NCBI RefSeq assembly: GCF_037042905.1
Contig: NC_087245.1
Location: 9,860,001 to 9,924,000 of the forward strand
DNA length: 64,000 nt
Source of the DNA: Lytechinus pictus
Taxonomy: Eukaryota
Direction: 5' to 3'
Below the pieces are notes generated by a model. That model did not search any database and had not been told where the DNA came from. It saw only the letters and a list, made by a program, of their open reading frames with translations. This document shows, one piece after another, positions 47,601 through 59,600 of the stretch (position 1 is the first letter of the stretch; each line of letters begins with the position of its first letter). Both the position numbers and the translations under genes were made by a program.

Positions 47601-50600
47601 GCTAATTCAACAAAAATTTTCTACACCCGTTAGTTAGTTACCGGATTAAGTCGGAAGTCCTCAGTGAACTGAGTCTGGTTGAGAACCTAGCTTGTATATT
47701 ATTTCCAAAGTTAAAAACCAGCCTGGTTAGGAATATGATATGTTGTTCTATAATGGGACCATTTATTTTTTAGATGAGATGCTCAAGTAGCTTGTAGAGA
47801 TATCAGAAAAGGGCGATTGGCCTGTAGCTTCTAGGCACATTTGGATCTTTCCAAGGTTTGAGGAATTACTTTAGCCTTCCTCAAAATTTCTGGGAGATGG
47901 GACTGTGTAGCACATTGTTAAACAGGCTGCCATTCTTAAGTATGGAAGCTTAAGATGTTCATATAATCATCTCGTCATGTCTACATCTCTTAAGGAAAAA
48001 AGATAAGATGACGAAATCTCGGATCTCGTCTTGTCTACATCCTGCGGGAGAGATGATCATGTGACAAGATCTTGGATCTCGTCATGTATACATCCTGTAA
48101 GAGAGATGATCGATGACAAGATCTGGGATCTCGTCATGTCTACAACTCTTAGGGAAAAGGATAAGATGACAATATCTTAGATCTGATCATCTCTCCCACA
48201 GGATGTAAAAATTGCGAGATCCAAGATCTTGCCATCTGATCATCTCTCACACAGGATGTAGACATGACGAGATCTAAGATATTGTCATCTTATCCTTTTC
48301 CGTATGTAGACATGACGAGATGATTAAATGAACATCTGGGTGGCAGATCAAAATGTTTCATTTACTCAGAGTGGTGTCACCGAAGCGTGCTGCCTTTCCC
48401 TTCTTTGTTCCTTCAGTTTCAATATCCAGGTGAAGTCTCCATTGGACTGGTCCCACGGAAGATATCCACTTTGGTGTATCTTGTACTGGGTTGTTCTATT
48501 CAGCAGAAGCTGGATAGTAAACTAGTTAAGATCAATATTCTAAATAAATTGATCTTTGAAAGTTTCAGGGTTAAAGGTCACAACTTATAATACTCGCAAA
48601 TTTTCTCATGTATCAAGGGACCTTATAAGTTAACAAATTATTATGATGCAAAACATAAATTTTTATGATATTCCGACGTCAATAATCCTTTAGGTCATTG
48701 CCTCTAGAGTTCAGCACAGGTCAATTCTAAATTGCATCCGATTTTTAAAATGAAACCTATGATAAAATTTAACAGTGATGAAAGTTTAACGCTTTAATCA
48801 TATTCTTAGTGTTATCATCAGACCAGTGTTTGTACTACTACGATTAATCATTTTGGATTTATGCAAATTAGATGTCTTTCCACTACATGGATTTTCTGGA
48901 CTTTTAGTATGTCATTTTGGTGACTTCATGGAAATGCATAGTGCTCAAATTAATTGTATTGCAACGTTTACACTAGAAGCCTGTTCATAAATCAGAGATG
49001 CTACGTGTCAATATTCTAAAATGTTAAGGTCATTGACCTTTTCCAGCTCTCCAAGGTCAAAGGTCAAGACTTATAACCCACCAAATTCTTTATAAAATAT
49101 CAAGATACCTTGAAAGTCAATATTGAATCATTTTGTTTTCATTATAACCATATTTATTATGTACTAATGATGCAAAACATCAATTTTCTGATATTTAGAG
49201 GTCATTGACCTCTAGAGGTCAACGGAGGTCAAATTTGACTTGCATCTTGCTTTCAAAATGAAGTCTATGGTAAGATATAACACTGGTGAAAGTTTCATGC
49301 TTTTATCATAATTTTTGAAAGTGCTATGATCAGAACAATGTTTGTACTACTATCAATAATCATCAAAAATTCTTACGGTAGCCGCCATTTTGGATTTATG
49401 CAAATTAGACATCTTTCCACTAAATGGATTTTTCTGGACTTTTAGTATGTCATTTTGGGGACTTCATGGAAATGCATTGCGTTGAAAAAAATTCTATTGC
49501 AATTTGTTTGCGGTCAAACCTTATTTTTCCTGGACTAATGTACACTAGTGCAACATTACAAATATACAACTAGCATGTATGGCTGAAACTTCAATGATAG
49601 TTATACAGAAATTAATCTCAGGCATCAACATCCACACAAATAATGTACGTACAGTATGGGCAGTACGAAACGTATGTACATGCACGTACATGTACATATA
49701 TAATTCAGAATGCTATATCATTTGGCAAATTGATTTAATGAAAAGAAAGAATACATTATCCAAAAGTTCTGTGAAAATCAATTACAAAAGCATGAAAAGT
49801 CTATTTGTTATTAGAATTATCAGATTTTCTACATGTACACACTGCCCATTTTTTTGTTTCTGAAGCACCCTTTGTACGTTGCATGTTCAGGCAAAATTTG
49901 GTGTAGAAACGATCGTTCTAAGGAAAGATATTGAAGAAAATATGCTGTTAAATTCCATTGACGCCTATGTACAAGTAAATGACAAACACACATTACTCAT
50001 TTACAACAAATTATACTTTTGTAACTTGCTTCCTTTTGCCAAAGTATGGCAGTACTGTACACATATCTTTCAAAGTGCAGCATGTCTAACTCTAACCGAA
50101 AAATGATCATGGGATATGTTTATATTGCTCTCTTCCAAAAGAGTCAAATAGCTTCTTAAATGTCAAGTCCACCCAAGGAAAATGTTGATTTTAATCAATA
50201 GAGAGAAATCAAAAGAGCATAACACTGAAAATTTCATCATAATTCAATGTAAAATAAGTTATGACATTTTAAAGTTTCATTTATTTTTTAACAAAACCAT
50301 TAGATGCACAACTCGGTGATATTCAAATGAGAGAGTCACTGGTGTTCCTCACTATTTCTTTTACTCTTGATTATTTGCATTGAATAATATTTCTATTTTT
50401 ACAGATTAGACATAAAGATCAACTTGACTGAGCCAAAAAATGTTAAAACAATGATTATTCCACATTTCCAGGGAGGTATAAAACTTTTGTTTCACATGAC
50501 AATGAGAACAAAATTACATAGACTGTATTTCATATAATACAATACAAAAGAAATACCGGTAGTGAGCAGGTGATGTCATCAGTCCCCTCATTTTCATACT

Positions 50601-53600
50601 GACCAGGATGTGAATATACTGTACAATGTACATGTAACTGTTTTGTGAATTTTCAGTGTTATACCCGTTTAATTTGTCTATTTTTATTCAAAATAATTTT
50701 TTGTTAAGGTGGAGTAATCCTCTTATATAACATTAACATGCAGAAAATCTGAAAATTGTAATATAGAACAAATAGTTCATTATAGCCTGGTTGCCATCTT
50801 GAAAAAAAGTGCCAATCGGTGATGATCACTTTTACTACATGTACATTACACTCTAGAAATTCAAATGAGACTTACAAAATCATAACTTTCTCATTTAAAC
50901 CAATGTTGATGGAAGAACCTTTTTTTTTCTTTGCTTCTCTCTATCCCCTAATTTCATGCCCATTTGATTTATAGTGAGTTAACATGTACATAAATATTTT
51001 GTTAAAATGCATTAACAATACATGCAGTACAATGGAGCGCAGTGCATACAATTGCAGGGTGATTGTATGAACACTATTAGCAGACAGCAAAAGTACAAGG
51101 CGACTTTGAATAGGAAATATTGCACAACAATGGGGGGGGTTGTATGGTTTTGGATATTGGATAATAAGATAATTAGTTCAAATTGCCATTCCCCATTTCA
51201 GACACAACTCTGATCAGATTCCTTACATGTACCACCACCAAAAAAATATATATAAGTAATGGAACAGATGCTGAAAATATAGTAATTACAAATCACATGT
51301 ACTGAATGAAAGCCTATAATGGGATTTTAAAAAATCAACAGATAATCAGGTATAAGTACATGTATGCATGCATTCATAAAGTACATGTACAGTACATGAT
51401 GTGCAGTGTAAAACATATATATATTTTTTCTCTCTCTCTCTCTTTTGGGGGGAGGGGGGGGGGCTAAAATTAGTACAAATAAGTGAAAAAGCACAACAGC
51501 TTATCAAAGTGCATTACATGTATATGAAAAGGGGATAAAGGATGGCAGAAAATTAGCATGCATGGTATTAAGGTGACAGAAAAGACAGTTAGCATGATTT
51601 AATAGAGAACTTTGAGTAAAATTCGAATAAAATGGCACTTGATTAAATGAAATCATACACAATACAGGTGATAATTAGCTATTTAGAGTTTTGGGGATAG
51701 TTAAAATGGCCTATTTTATATGAATAGGTGTACTACATGTAGCTGATTGAAAGTAAAAATGATTTTAAAATAATTTTCCTCTGCTGATGTCCTGGGGCAA
51801 TGTAAACCAAGATACGAAAAACAAATTATGAACAGGAACAGAATTAGAATAAAGAAATGATGTACAATGATACCAAATATTCCAGCTGTAACAGAGTGTG
51901 TACATGTACCTCCTATTGCACTTAACTAGGAATGGCATCTGAAATCATAATTTACAGTGTATACAAAATAAAATATCCAATAAAATGTCAAAAAGGAAAA
52001 TGTTCAGTAACTTTTGGAGGCATGATTAACCAAATTGAGAGAGCAATAAAATAAATATACAAATTAAAATTAAATTGAAAAATAAGGAGAAAATCAAGTA
52101 AAATATATACGTATAGAGATACTGTATAAATCAAGAAAACGAATGGAGGATAAAAATACATGTAGAAAATTCAAGTTCATATCCAGAACTGTGTCACATG
52201 CATGTACATGTACATGTAGTCTATTAAATGTCTGTACTGTATTAAATACATACTGTACATGAAGGTCCATACAGTCACTGAATCCATGATATGATAGAGT
52301 ACATGCATACATGTAATATGGAATTCATCTAGACTTTATGTATGGTATGTTTTGAACAAAGAAGAACTGGGTTGGTTTGTTGTCACAGAACCTCTGAGCA
52401 CTTTGGTAAATAAACTCATTTCTATGTGTGACTCTTCTATTTAGATATAGCATATTGCAAGCCTCTAAAGCAAGGGCACAATGTAGAGATCAGGGAGTGG
52501 TGACAATCACAATATATGAATAGAAAATACAAAAATACAACTTGTCAAAGACCGTATTTGAGGACCGATGAGCATCTGAATTTCTTAATACAAAACATAA
52601 ACATTTGGCTAAATGAAAAATGCTCTGCTTGCATTTGTGACTAGCACAGTGAATTAATTTTTAATAAAGCACTTACTGTATGCCCATGACAGGCAAATCA
52701 ATATAGCAAGGTTTATAGCTAAATTTAATCCCACACAACTACAATTTCTCTTTTTCCCTTTTTATTGATTTATTTGCATCAATTGCTTTGATATCTGACT
52801 CATTCACTTTGGCGTTAATAAAGTATAGACATGGATAGTATCAATTAGAGTTGGTATGGCGAGTAGGGTGAATTGAGAAAAGACATGTTTTTTTCTGAAG
52901 CAATCTCATAAATTATGTCATAAAATATTATGAATATATTTTCATCTATCAATAATTTAAATATACATTTCCGAAAAGAAGGTACACCTTGATAAAAGGA
53001 CCTTGTTAGGGTCTAGTAGAATCCTTTCAATTCCTCATATCCTGGCTTCACTCCTGACCTTTTCTACCAAGGTCATATTGTGGTCTTGTATATATCTGGG
53101 TAGATACCAAACTCTTCTATAATGGAACAAATTCATATCAGAAGTGAGAGGAAAACTTTGGACTGAGAAATGATCTGTGATGACATCCATTCATTTGTTA
53201 AATGGGCTTTTAGACTTCAATAGAGGCTTAGAAATCTACATCATCTCAATTACCGAAGGATAAGATCATTTTTAAAGTGCAAGTAAACAATGGTATCGGG
53301 TGAAAATATCAAAGAAATGGGCCTTCCTAGTTCCCACATCATGCACTAGAAAAAAAAACATGCACAGGTTTCCTTTAAGTGTCACAGACTGGTCAAATGA
53401 GTTCAGTAGTAAATATCACTAGGTCGGGTACTTACGTTTTTCTGCATGTTATCAAAGAGATCTTTCGTTGATTCACTTTCGTTATAAGTCTGTTGGAGTT
53501 CAGACATGTTGTCGTCGATCAGGTTATCAATGTCATCACGTTTAACATAGCCAGAGATACCAGCCGCCAGTTCCAAGATCAGGAGAAGAACCATGATGAA

Positions 53601-56600
53601 TGCAAACTACAGTGTGAAATAATAAAAATAACAGTGTATCAAATTACAGCCATCATACACACGCAAGCTATCACAGTACATGTGACTAGCTGGGATCGGC
53701 TGTCATATGATATCCATACACGTACAGAATTATTGGCCAATAGATGTGTAAATCTAGGATTTTTTTTTCCTGAAAGACACAGGTACCCAAATAAATATGG
53801 ATGATTCCATGGTCAGTCACATTATGCTACTGCATGTCTTTTCTATTACTTGATGCTGTCAGTTTTACAGGGGTGAGATTTCCTGTCAAGTTTATTATTT
53901 ATAAGTTGTAAAATTGTGCAGAGACTCATGCTAATATTTTTTTTCATTCAGTTGGCATAATTCAATAACGGAAGGACGCAAACAAGTAAATATTTCATTA
54001 ATAATCGCTAAAACTATAATAAAGGTCGAATTGAGTAATTTTTCAGTAAAGCAAGAAATCATATTTGCTATGTTTTTAAACAACCAGGGGGAGTTGCATA
54101 GAGAGTTTAACAGCAAGTCAAAAATATCAAGCACAAGTCCAGAAAGCATGCCTTTGATTGCTTAAAAATCATGTTGCTTGTGATTTTTAGAGTTGCGTTT
54201 GGTAAAATTCTTTCTGCAATGGGCTACAGGACCTTCACGCATTATACTGTACATGAGGGTAATGATGAAAACATGATTACAGTATTGAAGTCCAAGAGAA
54301 GAAATTTGATAAAATCAGGATAGTTTCCTTTGAAACAAATTTTATTAGAAGCACCAATTCGAAAAAAAAAACAATGTAATTATAACAATCAAACAACATG
54401 TGTACTAACCGTTGCCAGCATGCAGTAGTTCTCCTTGACTGCTCCGCAACATCCAAAGAATCCAGTAAGGAATATGAAGACACCAATACAGATGAGTGCT
54501 ATAGGGATAGCTGTTCCTGTATTACCGGTGAAGTCTACATACTCACTGTACAAGGTCAATGTCAAACTTCCTCCGATTATGATACCAAGACCGAAGATCT
54601 GCAAAAAAAAAGTATGAGAAGAATGTTATGGTATTAAAGGGAAGTTACATGTATAATCACAACCTTCCTATTTTCACTGCAGTCACTTTCAGGATAATGC
54701 AACGATTATTATGATTAAAATTTAAAATGAGGGAAAATATACATGTACATGTAGACAGCGAGTTGCATGAAACATCTTCAGTATTTGATGCTTTATAAAA
54801 AGGGATGACAATAAAACAAAACAAAACATGGCTGACAGGCACTAAATTTCTCCATATTTTAGGTTAAGGTCATTTTTCCGCAGGCACAAGTACAGGAAGT
54901 CAAGAAGACAAGAAAATTCTGGAATAAAGGGCAAAAATGACCAATGAAGTACATGTCTGTACATGTAGGCAAGGTCAATCAAAAGGATACTTGTGGCCTT
55001 GAATGTATCTAAGCCATGATGCTGAAAATAATCAATTAGCCAAATTGGAAGAAAGTGCGGCACTACACATGCAATATACAGTACATGTCAAAAATGAGGA
55101 TAGTGAAAACAAATAGTATTCACATGAGGATGATTACGACAATGATAGGCATTTCATTATATACTGCCATCTACAGTACATGTATCAAGAAATATTCTAT
55201 TCCAATGAGCACAGGAAAAATGGACAAAAATAAAAGTTTGGATGAGTGTCATAGTGCCAAAAATTGATAACATAAAATATAATACTCCAGTTTACATTTA
55301 ATGATTTGATATTTCTATTTTAATAGTAAATTTATTCCAAAGAAAAGGTGCTGGGGAAAAGGAAGCTAATTCAGGCTACTCATGTAGGGGTCTTTAGAAG
55401 CTCTTGTGATGATCTCAGGCTACGAGCTGGTACATATATATACAAACTAACTACACATTGTCGGGTTCAAGAAGGCTGAACTCTGTATCACCAGACTTCA
55501 AAGGGTTCATGAATATCACATGACATTGGCAGTTGGTACAAACACAGGCTTTTAACAAAAACACATGTACATATTCTACAGTATTGTATGTGAAAATCCT
55601 CTTATTATCCTTGGCAAAGATAATCTGAATGTTCTGGGTCATGCTGCATGCATGTTTATACAATTTTAAATCTATTTGCAAAAACAACAATGAAGGATTC
55701 CTTCTCTCTTTTTTTCCTTCCATTGTTTGTATTTTCAGGAAATCAATAAAGTCTGTTATCCGTTATCCATGAACAAACAACATTATCAGATGGTCAGCAG
55801 ACATCAGATTGACCTTAAACAATGGTCAAGGCCTTTGAATACATGTAATGCATACAGTAAAATAACATGAGATTCCTTAAAATATTTATCAATAAAGATA
55901 CCTATTTTCTGTGACTTCTAATGAGCACCTTTACTGCTTTTTTTAGAAATAGGTTATAATAATTATTATACATATTCAATTATACAGCAATCTTTATCAC
56001 ATACATTGATATCACTTGTACATTTTAGCTTAATAATGTCATTGAAAAATCACTGACAAAAAGCTTCATGAGATGCTCCTCTGACTGGGCAAAATATCTT
56101 CAGGTTTGATGAACAGTATACATTCGTTGTAGCAAATATGTTCATGTAGCAAACATAATTAAAAAGTAACCTTCCCAAGTCATGCTTGAATACTTGCATG
56201 CATTGTAGCACAATAAGCAGTCATGGATGGTGTACTTTTTGCTAATTACATTGCAAATTACATGTATGAATATGGGTATGGGTGTGTTGATGTGATAGCA
56301 GCCTGTTATGCACTTGAGGTCTCATATTTTATGCTAGTCACCGAACCAAACCTAAGTACCAGCACTTAAATTTAGCAGCCATATCATTTTATAGGGATTC
56401 GTCCTTGATTCCAACTGCAAAACATCTCTCATGATCATATCCATGCTACTTTACAGTACTGGTACATGTATCGATGTACATGACCTGCATAAAATCATGC
56501 GTAGTGGCTCTAAATGCAATGCTTTCTGCATGCGTTAATGCATGTACACCAATTATAAAGGCCATGAAATTTATAAACTGTCAATGGATAGGTGGACTTG

Positions 56601-59600
56601 CGCAAAATGGTATGGGAAATGTAGGTACTGTTGTACTGCATCCAACACCCAAGATCCAACATGTATGCACTTCACATTTTCTTCAATGTTTCGACATCCT
56701 TCTTCCCAGGAATTTGACAATTTAATATAAACCACAGTAAATGCAATCATTAAAAAATATATTCTTGGCCAGTAATCCTTGGTTCCCCTGATCATTAATA
56801 CATTGTAAACAGATCATATTCATATTACACACTATTGTATACAAGATGTACAGTATGTTACAAATGAGGCCGCCATCAATTCAAGCCTAACCGCTCACGA
56901 TGGTGGTCTCCTGCGTTCATTTATTACATTATATATATATGTTTACATTTATAAAAGATTAATTTATACTCACACTCTTATTTGTATTTATCATGTAATA
57001 TGACTACATTGTTTATATTGTGAATTATTTTGTATATTGTAATTGTAAATATTTTTGTATTGTGTTTTTGAACGCAGAAATAAATGCAAGCAAACAAACA
57101 AACAAATCAAAATGGAATCCAGCCCAAATTGCAAGATTTGTCCCAAAAGCAAATTACTCAGTGGACATGCTATCCATAATTGGAAAAGCATGATTGGAAA
57201 GCATCCCATTTTTTTTAATTCCCAAGTCAGGAAATTTAAGAAAATGTGGCATTGATCACTGTCTTGTAATGATAAACAAGTGGAATGCCTCTGGCCGTCT
57301 CACCTGCATCACGCGATTCAATATAGCAGCAGTGCTGATTTTGAAAACTACTATAACTCGCACAAGATGTTCAGTGATACTTGGTTACTCTTATTTCCAC
57401 GTTTTATGAACTAGACCAATACACTTATAGAGATATGATGGCAATTCAACAAATACCCCCAACGTGGCCAAAGTTCTTTGACCTTGATCATGTGACCTGA
57501 AACTCGCACAGGATGTTCAGTGATACTTGATTACTATTATGTCCAAGTTTTATGAACTAGACCAACACACTTTCAAATTTATGGCTGTAATTCAACAAAT
57601 ACCCCAATTTGGCCAAAGTTCATTGACCCTAAATGACCTTTGACCTTGATCATGTGACCTGAAACTTGCACAGGATGTTCAGTAATACTTGATTACTATT
57701 ATGTCCAAGTTTCATGAATCAGATCCATAAACTTTCAAAGTTATGATGGTAATTCAACAGATACCCCCAATTCGGCCAAAGTTCATTGACCCTAAATGAC
57801 CTTTGACCTTGGTCATGTGACGTGAAACTCATGCAGGATGTTCAGTGATACTTGATTAACCTTATGTATAAGTTTCATGAACTAGGTCCATATATTTTCT
57901 AAGTTATGATGACATTTCAAAAACTTAACCTTAGGTTAAGATTTTGATGTTGATTCCCCCAACATGGTCTAAGTTCATTGACCCTAAATGACCTTTGACC
58001 TTGGTCATGTGACATGAAACTCAGGCAGGATGTTCAGTAATACTTGATTAACCTTATGGCCAAGTTTCATGAACTAGGTCCATATACTTTCTAAGTTATG
58101 CTGTCATTTCAAAAACTTAACCTCAGGTTAAGATTTGGTGTTGACGCCGCCGCCGCCGTCGCCGCCGCCGCCGCCGTCGGAAAAGCGGCGCCTATAGTCT
58201 CACTCTGCTATGCAGGTGAGACAAAAAGTAATTTGGTGATTAAATAAATTCTCTATAATTATGATTCTATGATTAAGCACCTATTTTACTCTATGCATAT
58301 TTAATGATCATACATGTATATCACAATATGAGCAAATGCAGCGAGGAGTAATTACTTATAAAGAAATGTGCATCTTCATCAGCCAATGTACAATCTTTTA
58401 AAATGCATGTAAACAATGGTAGGGTGAAAATGTCAAATAATTGGGGTCTTCCTACATCATATCAATCTTTTTTTTATCACCTACAATTTTCATACATGTA
58501 GCTTGATAGAATAATATGCTTTCAAGCAAGTCCAAGAACTCACATATGTTATACATGGGACATTTCAGAGGCTGCATGCAAAATAGTGTTAAAGCTGTCT
58601 TTATCTTTGGTATTAAAGGGTTAGTAATGTGAATCTTTTTTTTTGTACCTCCAAACAAGGAACTTATCCAGACATATAATTCATCACACGTGTCAAACTG
58701 AACATCACAATATATTTAACATTTTCTCTTCTTCAATTCTTTGTTTGTAATTATTCTATTTTCTATTTCTCTTACAAATGGTATAGGGGAAAGTGGGGTA
58801 AATAAGGCCACCTGTTAGTTTTTAGCTCGCGGCTCGAGAATGGTAGGGTCAAATGTATAACTGTTTTTTGTATAGTATTTGAGAGGTCCTTAGCACAGAT
58901 TTTGAGCATTCAGTGTAGTAAGTCTCACAGCCCAGTGCACATGGCCAGGAGCAAAAACCCAGGAGCAAATTACGCATGCGCGGAAATTGCGTGATGATAG
59001 GACTAGATCTATAGCCCTATCACAAATTTTGCCAAATATTCATAAATTTCCGCGCATGCGTTATTTGCGTTTGCAATGTTTTAGAATCGGCAGTGAATAA
59101 ATACGTGTGAGGAACCCGATACTGGCTCTAAATCACCAATTTTTAGACTAACCGTAGGATTGATATGGATTGAAATTAGAATGAAAAGTAGGAAGATTAG
59201 TGTTATATTCTTTTTAAAATCGTGTTGGTGCACGAGTTTTATATTTTTCCCCCCATAAAATCCCACCTTTGTCACTCGGAGTACCAGAGTTCACGACCTT
59301 GATGTTCGCGTAGGTGTAGCGTAGATCTAGTGTAGCGGTAGTGAAGTGGAGCCTACACGAACATCACTTGAGGTAGGATAAACGGTATGATGGGGGGCCT
59401 AAAGCTACGCACTTTGTTTACAAACGATAACTATGCCAATTTTAATATTCTAACAAATCATCTTTCACAAATTTGTGTTAAATATTGTAAAGATTCATAA
59501 CCAAAAAGAAAATATCACAAAACTCACTAATACGAAAATCCCACCGTGTTTTCCGAACACCTCTTGATTTCGCCGCCCGATATACTATAGAAGGGGTCCT

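Noticed and set aside
46800..47950. Transposase or recombinase ORF inside the 5-kb element
   Set aside because: No long open frame and no catalytic motif I can recognise.
43900..53400. Additional (third or more) EC2 exon variants in the long intron
   Set aside because: A visual scan found no further CCG-encoding exon with splice sites; a tBLASTn search would be needed to exclude a highly diverged one.
57360..58130. CRISPR-like periodic array
   Set aside because: Whole units are homologous with no unique spacers; it is the tandem core of a HINE-like element.
59081..59275. Hydrophobic ORF as an alternative tetraspanin first exon
   Set aside because: It has a phase-0 donor but no in-frame ATG and no KYL..FN motif; the exon at 61423-61482 fits much better.
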